A DNA stretch of 64,000 nucleotides from Candidatus Falkowbacteria bacterium. GTDB lineage: Bacteria; Patescibacteriota; Patescibacteriia; Patescibacteriales; WJLG01. The position numbers were made by a program, and so were the translations under genes. Each line of letters starts with the position of its first letter. Position 1 is the stretch's first letter. Shown here in pieces: positions 9,726 to 18,326 of the stretch. Location of the stretch: contig CAVVFV010000012.1 of NCBI GenBank assembly GCA_963747695.1, forward strand, positions 26,659 through 90,658. Reading direction: 5' to 3'. Below the pieces are notes generated by a model. The model was not told where the DNA came from, made no database searches, and was given only the letters and a program-made list of their open reading frames with translations.

Positions 9726-10121
9726 ATGGAAGACAAGAAAATTGAAGTTCCGGCCAAGTTTGAAAAATTGGTTTCGGAAATCGAAAAGATGAGCGTTCTG
9801 GATTTAGCCGAATTGGTTAAGATCCTCGAAGAGAAGTTCGGCGTTTCCGCCGCCGCCCCGATGATGGCCGCTGCCGCCGGTGCCGCTGCCGCAGCTCCGG
9901 AGGAAGAGAAGGATTCTTTCAATGTCGAATTGACTGAAGCCGGCCCCAACAAGATCGCCGTCATCAAGGCCGTCCGGACCGTTACCACTCTTGGTTTGAA
10001 GGAAGCCAAGGATTTGGTTGACGGAGCCCCGAAGATGGTGAAGGAAGGCGCCAAGAAAGACGAAGCCGAATCAATCAAGAAAACTCTGGAAACTGCCGGC
10101 GCGAAAGTCATCCTGAAGTAA
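9726..10121 (+). CDS. rplL: 50S ribosomal protein L7/L12
   Basis: [30 protein letters not shown]. Start at ATG 9726; the ORF-track extension runs through a CATGWTA repeat arm at 9682-9718. Confidence 0.97.
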   Translation: MEDKKIEVPAKFEKLVSEIEKMSVLDLAELVKILEEKFGVSAAAPMMAAAAGAAAAAPEEEKDSFNVELTEAGPNKIAVIKAVRTVTTLGLKEAKDLVDGAPKMVKEGAKKDEAESIKKTLETAGAKVILK

Positions 10122-10135
10122 ATACTTCTTCAAAT

Positions 10136-10169
10136 AAAAAAACGTCCTCGACTATGAGGACGTTTTTTT
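10136..10169. terminator. Intrinsic terminator after rplL
   Basis: AAAAAAACGTCCTC-GACTAT-GAGGACGTTTTTTT. Confidence 0.85.
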
Positions 10170-10188
10170 ATTAAAAATATAAATTACT

Positions 10189-10441
10189 TTATAGCGCGCA
10201 TTGGAAAATTTTGGATCAGACGCGCAGCGTGGAAACCGTGCAAAATTGCGTTGTCTGAGGAGGCGCCGCGCCGACGAGTATAGCAATTTTGCTAGGTTTC
10301 ATAGCGGAGCGTCCCAAAATTTGTCCAGCGCGCAGTTTTTTGCGCCACTTTTTTTAAAAAAAGTGGCAAAATACAGAATTAATAATGTTGGGAATGTACC
10401 CACCCGCCTCGCCGGGCTCGGCACCACTCCCGAGAGGGGAT
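10189..10441. ncRNA. Structured repeat (long covarying hairpin plus CCCCTC arm), copy 1; candidate ncRNA or MITE
   Basis: Homologous to 54209-54483, with compensatory changes in four stems. Confidence 0.55.
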
Positions 10442-10445
10442 CCTT

Positions 10446-12737
10446 CTATTTTATAACCGGAATAGGCATCTGATAAACCGAGTGATCGGCCAAGATATAA
10501 ATCTGCTTGTCCTTGTCGTTGACGGCAAAATCTTTGACATTATTAAGATCGGTGAAAATATATTGAGCCAGATAAGTGCCCTTGCTATTCCAGAGAATCA
10601 GCCGTTTGGCGGCGGGTTCGAACACGTAAAAATAATCGGCGGTGACGATCAGCCGGGTGGCGCCGGTAACGGGCGGATCGACCGCATCGAGAACCAGATC
10701 CTGTTTTTTGCCTTTGAGATATTTTTCAACCGTGCCGTTACTATATAAGACGTATAAATTTCCGTTATCATCGATATAAAGCGCGCTGGAAGAAGCAAGA
10801 TTGCCGGTCTGATTGAGCCATTTGGTGGGATTGACGAAAGCAGCGGCGCTGCGGGTGTAGCGGTAGATTTGCCCCAAGCTTTTATCCAGGACATACATCT
10901 TGTCGCTATAAGCTTCCAAACCGCCGATGTTTGCCGGCGTCGAAGGCAAGGCGATCGTCAGCAAGCTGGGTTGATCGGTTTTATCAAGTTGGAAGATATT
11001 ATTGCCGGATAAATAAAGAATATTATTATCCTGACCGGCCGAGGGGAGAGTGATTGGACCGGAAGTGGCGATACCCAGAGTATAATCCGCGGTTACGATG
11101 TTTTGTTTGACGTCGATTTTGAAGATCGCGTTATTCTGCGAATCCGCCGCGTAAACGATATTGTTGTTGAAAAAAATATTTTGCGGCTGAGCCGAGGCGG
11201 TCAGATTGGAAAAGTCGCCGATCTTATTCAAGCCGGAAATATTGTTGATGTTTTGGATTTTTAGCAATTGCTGTTTCTGTTTGTCGAAGAGAGCCTGGAC
11301 CGATTGCCTTTGGCTAGCTTCCGCGGCCGGTATTTGCGCCAGCAAGTCTTTATTTAAATTATAAAGTTGAGTGGCTTCCGTCTTGTTGCCGTAAACGAAA
11401 TCGGCATCGATCTTGTCCTGATTCTTGCCGATGGAAGCGACTAAGGCATTAAAATCGCGCAGCTTGGCGTCGGATTGATTTTTCTGATTAGTGAAGTATA
11501 AGCCGATAAAGAAGACGGCGATGCAGATGACAGCGACGACCAAGATTATTTTTATCTTCTTGCCGCTGATAACCAAAGGCTTTTTTTCCGCAGGCGTCGC
11601 CGGTTCGGCGGCCGGCATTTCGTCATCCGGCCGGCGTTGCAATATTTTGCCGATAAAGACGAAGAACGCCGCGATCAATTTACCTAATTTCTTGAAGAAA
11701 TCCTTGGTTTTTTCCGAAGAAATCAAACCATTCCTTTTTTTGAAGAAGATTTTTTCTTTCAAGAGGAACATTCCCCGCGACGATTTTGTTTCACGGGGTT
11801 CGGCTACGGTCGGCGACGGTTTGATTTTTTCGCTGATCGCTTTGGTCCATTTCTTCAGATTGACGATCCCGGCCGGAGTCATAATCTCCTCGGTTTTTTC
11901 TTCAGTGCGGACGATCTCCGGTTTATAATCATCGATTTTAATCTCTTCTTCCAGCCGACTTTTCAGTTCTTCGCCGGAAAGGGACATCGCCACCGTATTC
12001 TTAATGATAATTCCCAGAAAAGAAACATAAGAGTTGATCTGCTCGAGCAGATTGCGGATCTGTTCGGCGGCTCCGGTTGGGGAAAGCTTGGTAATGATCC
12101 TGATTAATTGCTTGTTGGACAGATATTCGGATAAAGCTTCGTTGATCACCAGAAAATATCCGCCGACCGGAATTTTGCCGCTCACCACATTGGAAAAGAG
12201 CTTGTTGATGTTCAAAGCTTCGCTTTCCGGAGCATCGCCGACATCAGAAATCTTGTATTCGATCTTTTCCGTTTCCGACGGCTCGCTTTCTTTTTGCTTG
12301 AGTGATGTTTTTTCCTTATAGATGAGGAGGGTCTTATTCTTGCCCGTGCCGGCAAAATATATTTCGTTTTTATAGAGTACGCAAATGCTGATATTGAAAG
12401 CGTAGGGGCTGATTTTCATCTTCTGCTGGGTGATGAATTCCGCCAAGTCCTTATTGGTTTTAGACAAGGCGCTTTCGAAGATGCTTTCCAGGGAGATCGA
12501 CTCGATTCTTTCCTTGAGGATGACTTTTTCGTTCTGGTAGTAGTTAAAGTTGATGTTATTTATCAAAAATTCCAGCAGTTTGGGAGCTTCCGAACCGGTT
12601 GACTGGATTTCCGCCAAAATAAAAAGCTTCCCGACCAGGGCTTCTTTCTGATTGTCAGGCTGGGCGATAAAAATGTCGCTGGCTGTGCCCGACTTCTGCT
12701 CATTATTCAATAAAATCGAAGCGATTTTGTAATACAT
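10446..12737 (-). CDS. Membrane-anchored protein: degenerate PP2C-like N-terminus, TM helix, extracellular beta-propeller
   Basis: 763 aa; TM at IILVVAVICIAVFFIGLYF; NHL/SMP-like repeats (MYVLDKSLGQIYRY, LYVLYSNGTVEKY). Architecture resembles one I recall from Patescibacteria (inference). Confidence 0.7.
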   Translation of the reverse strand: MYYKIASILLNNEQKSGTASDIFIAQPDNQKEALVGKLFILAEIQSTGSEAPKLLEFLINNINFNYYQNEKVILKERIESISLESIFESALSKTNKDLAEFITQQKMKISPYAFNISICVLYKNEIYFAGTGKNKTLLIYKEKTSLKQKESEPSETEKIEYKISDVGDAPESEALNINKLFSNVVSGKIPVGGYFLVINEALSEYLSNKQLIRIITKLSPTGAAEQIRNLLEQINSYVSFLGIIIKNTVAMSLSGEELKSRLEEEIKIDDYKPEIVRTEEKTEEIMTPAGIVNLKKWTKAISEKIKPSPTVAEPRETKSSRGMFLLKEKIFFKKRNGLISSEKTKDFFKKLGKLIAAFFVFIGKILQRRPDDEMPAAEPATPAEKKPLVISGKKIKIILVVAVICIAVFFIGLYFTNQKNQSDAKLRDFNALVASIGKNQDKIDADFVYGNKTEATQLYNLNKDLLAQIPAAEASQRQSVQALFDKQKQQLLKIQNINNISGLNKIGDFSNLTASAQPQNIFFNNNIVYAADSQNNAIFKIDVKQNIVTADYTLGIATSGPITLPSAGQDNNILYLSGNNIFQLDKTDQPSLLTIALPSTPANIGGLEAYSDKMYVLDKSLGQIYRYTRSAAAFVNPTKWLNQTGNLASSSALYIDDNGNLYVLYSNGTVEKYLKGKKQDLVLDAVDPPVTGATRLIVTADYFYVFEPAAKRLILWNSKGTYLAQYIFTDLNNVKDFAVNDKDKQIYILADHSVYQMPIPVIK

Positions 12738-12803
12738 TTTAACGAAAAATTAACCGCACAATGATTGACGGCTTCTCTATTATTATATTATACTATTGGT
12801 AAA

Positions 12804-12903
12804 TAGGCAATTAGGTACTTAGGGATTAGGTGCTTAGGGGCCGTTTTAAATTGTTACGAGAAGGAATCAACAACCTAAGTACCTAGGCACCTAGGTTCCT
12901 AAT
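12804..12903. repeat. Inverted 8-mer tandem arms (TTAGGTRC)n/(GYACCTAR)n
   Basis: ttaggtac ttaggga ttaggtgc ttagg ... cctaagta cctaggca cctaggtt cctaa; same family at 55485-55640. Confidence 0.75.
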
Positions 12904-12913
12904 AATCAATGTC

Positions 12914-13525
12914 ATGTTATCCAAATTATTCGGTTCAAATTCCCGGGTCAAGATCTTAAAAGCTTTTTTGTTCCACCCGGATGAAAGATATTATATCCGG
13001 CAGCTTAGCCGCGACCTTGCTTTGCAGGTAAATTCGGTGCGCCGTGAACTGGAAAATCTCGAAGATTTCGGCTTGTTGCTTTCGGAATCAAGCAGCGGCG
13101 CGGAAAATCCGGAGTCGCTCGAAGAAAAAAATTCCGACCGGCAGGAGAAAAAATATTTCCGCGTCAATAAGGATTTTCCGCTTTTCGAAGATGTCAAAGG
13201 CCTGATCGTTAAGTCGCAAATTTTGCATAAAGATGATTTTTCCCAGGATCTCTTGAAGGCCGGCAGCATTAAATTATTGGTCTTAACCGGAGTGTTTGTC
13301 AATGATTTCAAAGCGCCGACCGATATGCTGATCGTCGGCAAGATCAACAAGGACCGGCTTTTCAAGATTATCCGTGATCTGGAAAAGGAATTGGGCCGGG
13401 AAGTCAATTTCACTTTGTTAACAGCGGCGGAATTCAAATATCGCCGTGATATCGCCGACATATTTCTTTATGATCTTTTAGAAAAAGAAAAAATAATCGT
13501 CATTGATGAAATTGGAATAAGTTAA
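12914..13525 (+). CDS. Winged-HTH plus degenerate nucleotidyltransferase-domain regulator
   Basis: LFGSNSRVKIL...YYIRQLSR...NSVRRELENL; DMLIVG...LEKELGREVNF. Confidence 0.8.
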   Translation: MLSKLFGSNSRVKILKAFLFHPDERYYIRQLSRDLALQVNSVRRELENLEDFGLLLSESSSGAENPESLEEKNSDRQEKKYFRVNKDFPLFEDVKGLIVKSQILHKDDFSQDLLKAGSIKLLVLTGVFVNDFKAPTDMLIVGKINKDRLFKIIRDLEKELGREVNFTLLTAAEFKYRRDIADIFLYDLLEKEKIIVIDEIGIS

Positions 13526-13568
13526 TCAGATATTTTTTATTCCGTTCTTTCTATTTAAGGAGGTCGCA

Positions 13569-13760
13569 ATGTCAATTTTGGGAAATGACAAGCCAGCTGT
13601 TTATCCCTCGGCTTTTAAAAGAGTGTACGAGGGAATCTATGGTCGGCCAGTGACGCCGCTGCAATTATTGCGAGATAACTGCGTTCTTGCCCGGCGCGCG
13701 CTGGAAAAAAGGATCAGGGAACGGGCTTTGAAAAAGAGTGTGTCGAGGAGAAAGAATTGA
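13569..13760 (+). CDS. Small basic hypothetical protein (SD-led)
   Basis: AAGGAGG 6 nt before the ATG; 63 aa, Arg/Lys-rich. Confidence 0.6.
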   Translation: MSILGNDKPAVYPSAFKRVYEGIYGRPVTPLQLLRDNCVLARRALEKRIRERALKKSVSRRKN

Positions 13761-13784
13761 AAAAACTTTTCCAGGAGGCTGGAT

Positions 13785-13979
13785 ATGTCGATTTTAACTG
13801 AAGAATGCGGATCGAATATTCCGCCTTGGTTCGGGAAGAACATCAAACCCCGACCAAGCGCTTTGGAACTAGTGATCAGTCATGCCAGGGAATTCCTAAA
13901 AGTCCATGAAACGGTAGTGATTCGGAGATATGGGAAGCGTCTGGCGGCCAAACCCAGAAAAAAAAGAAAAACAGGGTGA
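13785..13979 (+). CDS. Small basic hypothetical protein (SD-led)
   Basis: AGGAGG before the ATG; 64 aa; starts MSIL like its neighbour; followed by hairpin AGGGTGA...TCACCCTTTT. Confidence 0.6.
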   Translation: MSILTEECGSNIPPWFGKNIKPRPSALELVISHAREFLKVHETVVIRRYGKRLAAKPRKKRKTG

Positions 13980-14056
13980 CCGCCTAAGCCGGATCACCCT
14001 TTTATTTAAGCTTAATTCGACTATTCAGCTAGAAGTATGGCAAAAAATTTGGGTTA

Positions 14057-14085
14057 TTGACCAGTGTAAAAAAATTTGATAAAAT
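14057..14085 (+). promoter_or_regulatory. Sigma70-type promoter of the atp operon
   Basis: TTGACC-17 bp-TAAAAT. Confidence 0.6.
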
Positions 14086-14156
14086 GATTACTCAATGAAA
14101 ATAAATTAATCCGGCTCCGTTCGAGCAAAGGATTTTATTTTTGTTATAAAAAAAAT

Positions 14157-14447
14157 ATGGCAGTTGAAAAGACGGTCGTGGAAAAAGGCGCGAAAGATTT
14201 TGCCATCGGCATGGCCGTTTACAGCAGTGCTTCAGTCTTGGGACCGTTGATCATCTTCGGCGTCATCGGATATTTTTTAGACAAGGCTTATCATGGCCGG
14301 CATTTGATCCTGCTGATCTTTATCGGCATCGCTTTCATCATCAGCAATATTTTGATCTTCCGCAAAGCTTTCGCGATCACGGCCCAACTGAAAAATTTTA
14401 AAGGCAATGGCAAGAACGGATATGATGATGAAAATGACGATGATTGA
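14157..14447 (+). CDS. AtpZ/AtpI family protein
   Basis: Two TM helices, GYFLDK motif, first gene of the atp operon. Confidence 0.8.
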   Translation: MAVEKTVVEKGAKDFAIGMAVYSSASVLGPLIIFGVIGYFLDKAYHGRHLILLIFIGIAFIISNILIFRKAFAITAQLKNFKGNGKNGYDDENDDD

Positions 14448-14464
14448 TTACGCAGATAATCATT

Positions 14465-14587
14465 TGTCATCCTGAGGCCCCTGGCCGAAGGATCTGATCC
14501 TTCCCGTGTAAAAAAAAGTTTGTTTTTAAGATAAATTTTGTGCGTCCTTGGAAGGAGCAGATCCTTCGCGCGGCGCTCAGGATGACA
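14465..14587. repeat. GTCATCCTGAG palindromic MITE (empty)
   Basis: TGTCATCCTGAG...CGAAGGATCTG - spacer - CAGATCCTTCG...CTCAGGATGACA; related copies at 19927-20068 and 63096-63124. Confidence 0.8.
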
Positions 14588-14593
14588 AAATAA

Positions 14594-15331
14594 ATGAAAT
14601 TAGAAATTTCCATATCTCCCGAAGCGGTATTTCACATCGGTTCCTTCCCAGTAACCAATTCTTTTTTATTGATGGTGATTGTAACCTTATTCTTGGTCGT
14701 CTGCGTGATTATTTTAAATAGAAAGATCAGAATGATCCCGAAAGGTTTTCAGAATCTGGTGGAAATGCTTTTTGAAGGCGCGCTGGATTTTGTCGACACG
14801 ATTATGCTGGATAAAGAGAAGTCGCGCAAGGTTTTCCCGTTTGTCTTTTCTTTGTTTATTTTTATTCTGATCGCCAATTTGGTTAATTTCATTCCCGGCC
14901 AGGCGGCCTTGACGATATATAACGGCGCGAAGTTCGTACCGGTTTTCCGCGGCGTGATGGCGGATTATGGCATGGTCTTCGTTCTGACGATGATTTCCTT
15001 TATCACTGTGCAGGTCGTCGGCGTGATGATGTGCGGTCCGTTCGGCTATTTGGGAAAATTTTTCAATTTCCATAGTCCGATCAAGCTTTTTGTCGGCATT
15101 CTGGAGTTGGTCGGCGAATTCGCCAAGATCCTTTCCTTGTCTTTCCGGTTGTTTGGAAATATCTTTGCTGGTGAAGTCTTGTTGTCAGTTTTCTTATTTT
15201 TATTTCCGTTTCTGCTGCCTTTGCCGTTCTTGGCCCTGGAATTGATCACCGCAGTCATTCAGGCGTTCGTCTTTGCCGTTTTGACCTTGGTATTCATCAA
15301 GATGGCGGGGGAGACGGCAGAAAGTCATTAA
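14594..15331 (+). CDS. atpB: ATP synthase F0 subunit a
   Basis: LSLSFRLFGNIFAGE (essential Arg), IQAFVFAVLT. Confidence 0.96.
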   Translation: MKLEISISPEAVFHIGSFPVTNSFLLMVIVTLFLVVCVIILNRKIRMIPKGFQNLVEMLFEGALDFVDTIMLDKEKSRKVFPFVFSLFIFILIANLVNFIPGQAALTIYNGAKFVPVFRGVMADYGMVFVLTMISFITVQVVGVMMCGPFGYLGKFFNFHSPIKLFVGILELVGEFAKILSLSFRLFGNIFAGEVLLSVFLFLFPFLLPLPFLALELITAVIQAFVFAVLTLVFIKMAGETAESH

Positions 15332-15361
15332 GTAAAAAGTAATAAGTAAAAAGTAAAAAAT

Positions 15362-16033
15362 ATGGCAAACGTATTTAATGACGATGCCTATAAAAAAGAA
15401 ATCCAGACGAAAATTAAGCATGTTTTTGAAGAAAATGGCAAAATATGTGTCGATCTTGACGATAACATTTTTTATCCCAAGGGCGGAGGTCAGAAAGGCG
15501 ATAAGGGTGTTTTGATCTATGATGATAAACGGATAAAAGTTGTTGATACCATAAAAGATCAATATGATGAAGCTGGGGCAATATTGATAGTTGAAACAAA
15601 ACCAGAAGAGGGAATAATCGGAAAAGATATTACCGCCAAGATTGATTGGGAATTTAGGTACCGGCAAATGAAATTACACTCTGCACTTCATCTGTACCAT
15701 TGCTTGATTGAAAAAGTATTGGGTAAAAAGATTAATAATCCGATAACCGCTGATATTCAAGATTCATTTGCGTTTAGTCGTTATGAAAATCAAGATATTA
15801 CTGAAGAAGTTGTTAATTCTGCCACAAAGGAATTAGTTAATTTGATCAGTCCCGGGGCGGAAATAAAAACATATCCGGATCCGGAGAAAGCGGGTTGGCG
15901 ATGGTGGGAATGTCTGGGTTATAAAATTCCTTGCGGCGGAACGCACGTCAGAGATGCTAAAGAAATAGGTAATATTGAAGTAAAATTTTCAACGAAGAAA
16001 GGCAATCCCACGATAAATATTTCATTAATTTAA
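15362..16033 (+). CDS. Free-standing alanyl-tRNA editing protein (AlaX type)
   Basis: FYPKGGGQKGDKG, HSALH and CGGTH zinc motifs; AT-richer than the atp genes. Confidence 0.9.
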   Translation: MANVFNDDAYKKEIQTKIKHVFEENGKICVDLDDNIFYPKGGGQKGDKGVLIYDDKRIKVVDTIKDQYDEAGAILIVETKPEEGIIGKDITAKIDWEFRYRQMKLHSALHLYHCLIEKVLGKKINNPITADIQDSFAFSRYENQDITEEVVNSATKELVNLISPGAEIKTYPDPEKAGWRWWECLGYKIPCGGTHVRDAKEIGNIEVKFSTKKGNPTINISLI

Positions 16034-16050
16034 TTTTATAAAATAATTAA

Positions 16051-16293
<243 letters not shown>

Positions 16294-16376
16294 AAAGCAG
16301 AGACGTTCAGCTCTCCGCTGAAAGCGCGAGGGCTGAATAACTTTATTTTTTAATTTTGAAAATGCTAATTAGTTAT

Positions 16377-16491
16377 AATGCTAATTTTCGAATGATGCGA
16401 ATTTCGCGAATTCCCCTCTTGGGAGGGGTGCCGAGCCCGGCGAGGCGTGGTGGGTCATTCGTAGATTCGCATCATTCGTGAAATTAGCATT
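16377..16491. repeat. CGAAT-family inverted arms with a nested CCCCTC-family palindrome
   Basis: Near-perfect ~35-bp inverted arms (16377-16411 and 16457-16491) around TCCCCTCTTGGGAGGGGTGCCGAGCCCGGCGAGGCGTGGTGGGT. Confidence 0.8.
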
Positions 16492-16500
16492 GGAATTTAT

Positions 16501-16995
16501 ATGAAAATATTTTCCGCCTTTGGTTTGGATATCAAGATTTTGATCGCTCAGCTGATCAATTTTGCGATCCTGCTTTTTATCTTGTGGAAATTCGCCTATA
16601 AGCCGATGTTCAAGATTTTGGACGACCGCAAGAAGAAGATCGAAACCGGCATTGAGAATGCCGCTAAGGCTGAAGAAAAATTAAGAGAGATCGGCGAAGA
16701 AGAAAAGAAGATTTTGGTCGAAGCGAAAAGAGGGGCGGCGAAAATTCTGGATGATGCCCGTTTGATGGCCGAAGAAAGCCGCAAGAAGAATATTGACAAG
16801 ACCAAAGAAGAGATCGGCCAGCTGATCAATCAGGAAAAAGAAAGTATGCGTCAGGAAAAAGCGGAAATTCTGAAAAGCATCAACCGCGAAGTCGCGGATT
16901 TGGTGGTGGCGACGGTGGAGAAAGTTATCAATGAGAAAATGACCGGCGCTAAGGATGAAGAATTGATCAAAAAGGCGATTGGCAAATTAAAATAA
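16501..16995 (+). CDS. atpF: ATP synthase F0 subunit b
   Basis: AQLINFAILLFILWKFAYKP...DDRKKKI coiled coil. Confidence 0.96.
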   Translation: MKIFSAFGLDIKILIAQLINFAILLFILWKFAYKPMFKILDDRKKKIETGIENAAKAEEKLREIGEEEKKILVEAKRGAAKILDDARLMAEESRKKNIDKTKEEIGQLINQEKESMRQEKAEILKSINREVADLVVATVEKVINEKMTGAKDEELIKKAIGKLK

Positions 16996-17003
16996 TTTTT
17001 TTA

Positions 17004-17405
17004 TTGTCATTCCCGCGCAGGCGGGAATCCAGTAACCTTGTCATTCCCGCGAAGGCGGGAATCCAGAAAATATGAAGGAGGGGAAAAGTTATTACGTTTA
17101 TATTTTAGCCGGCAATAGAAACGGCACGCTTTACACGGGCATTACCAATAGTTTGATTAGAAGAATTCAAGAACATAAAACAAAATACTTTAAAGGTTTT
17201 ACGGAAAAATATGGAGTTGATAAGTTAGTGTATTATGAAATTTATGGCAGTCCGAACGATGCGATTCATCGGGAGAAATGTATTAAAAAATGGAATAGAG
17301 ATTGGAAATTAAATTTAATAGAAAAGAATAATCCAACTTGGAAAGATTTATCAGTAGATTTATATTAACGTTTTTAATCTGGATTCCCGCCTTCGCGGGA
17401 ATGAC
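17004..17405. mobile_element. GIY-YIG gene flanked by inverted GTCATTCCCGC palindromic repeats
   Basis: Two direct copies of TTGTCATTCCCGCGMAGGCGGGAATCCAG on the left (17004-17066), one inverted copy on the right (17379-17405). Confidence 0.7.
17072..17368 (+). CDS. GIY-YIG nuclease family protein
   Basis: YYVYIL...LYTGIT..LIRRIQEH, FTEKY, AIHREKCIKKWNRDWK, NPTWKDL. Confidence 0.93.
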   Translation: MKEGKSYYVYILAGNRNGTLYTGITNSLIRRIQEHKTKYFKGFTEKYGVDKLVYYEIYGSPNDAIHREKCIKKWNRDWKLNLIEKNNPTWKDLSVDLY

Positions 17406-17413
17406 GAACTGTT

Positions 17414-17815
17414 ATGAAGATAACCGCTAAACAATATGCTACCGTCTTGCTGGAAAGTTTGGAAGGCAAGAACGAAAAACAAGCTGGTGTTACTATCAAG
17501 AAGTTCGCCGATGTTTTGCGTGCCAATAATCATTTGTCATTGCTCGGTGGCATCATCAGATTTTTCAATGAAGCTTGGGATAAGAAGAATAATACCGTGG
17601 AAGCGGAAATTGTGACGGCCAGAGCGATTAGTAAAGAAGCGATTGCTGAATTGGAAAAATTCATCAAAGCTCGTGCCGGTAGCGATAAGGTTGAAATGTC
17701 AGAAAAGATCGATCCCAGTTTGTTAGGCGGAGTAGTTTTAAGATATGGCAACAAATCACTGGATTTGAGTTTAAAAACGAAATTAGCGGATTTGAAGAGG
17801 CAGATTGTAAATTAA
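17414..17815 (+). CDS. atpH: ATP synthase F1 subunit delta (short form)
   Basis: AKQYA N-terminus, IDPSLLGGVVLRYG...DLSLK. Confidence 0.92.
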   Translation: MKITAKQYATVLLESLEGKNEKQAGVTIKKFADVLRANNHLSLLGGIIRFFNEAWDKKNNTVEAEIVTARAISKEAIAELEKFIKARAGSDKVEMSEKIDPSLLGGVVLRYGNKSLDLSLKTKLADLKRQIVN

Positions 17816-17863
17816 AAAAAGAGCGACTCAACCGGGGTGGTTAAGTCGCTAATGAGCTAGACT

Positions 17864-18121
17864 TTATTTCGCGGGGATTTCAGATATAGAGATGATGACG
17901 AAAATTATGAATGACATGAGAGTTATGATTGAAAATTTTTTCCGTTCAGCATCATTGCATATAATCGCTATGTAATTTAACGCAATAGTTGTTACTCCCG
18001 CGCTGAGGAGGGAGAGCATTATTATGCTGCGAGCATACTCGGGTTTGAAGTAACCAGCCATGGCTATTATGTAAACAGCAAGAGTGATTACTAAACCGGC
18101 AATGAAAGCTTTGCTGACCAT
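17864..18121 (-). CDS. Small membrane orphan, antisense inside the atp operon
   Basis: Three hydrophobic segments; SD TAGGAG; minus-strand promoter TTGACA(18203)-17-TATGAT; hairpin at 17822-17850. Confidence 0.65.
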   Translation of the reverse strand: MVSKAFIAGLVITLAVYIIAMAGYFKPEYARSIIMLSLLSAGVTTIALNYIAIICNDAERKKFSIITLMSFIIFVIISISEIPAK

Positions 18122-18246
18122 GAATTTCTCCTAGGAAAAAGTTTATTGAAAAGGACGTTAGTTATTATCAAAATATCATATCATATTTTGTATATAATGT
18201 CAATAAGATTGAGATATAACCCAATAAAAAAGGCTTAAAATGTATA

Positions 18247-18320
18247 ATTAGTTCATTGGTCGATTAGTTAATTAGTTTTGTAGACTAAGTGACTAATCAA
18301 CTAATTAACTAATCAACTAA
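18247..18320. repeat. Inverted 8-mer tandem arms (TTAGTTNA)n/(ACTAATYA)n
   Basis: attagttc attggtcg attagtta attagtt ... actaagtg actaatca actaatta actaatca actaa. Same family at 37043, 44073 and a single arm at 8160. Confidence 0.8.
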
Positions 18321-18326
18321 AAACAT

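Noticed and set aside
10201-10473. ORFs 10201-10473, 19977-20180, 41788-42051 and 63235-63438
   Set aside because: They run through repeat elements or overlap real genes in another frame.
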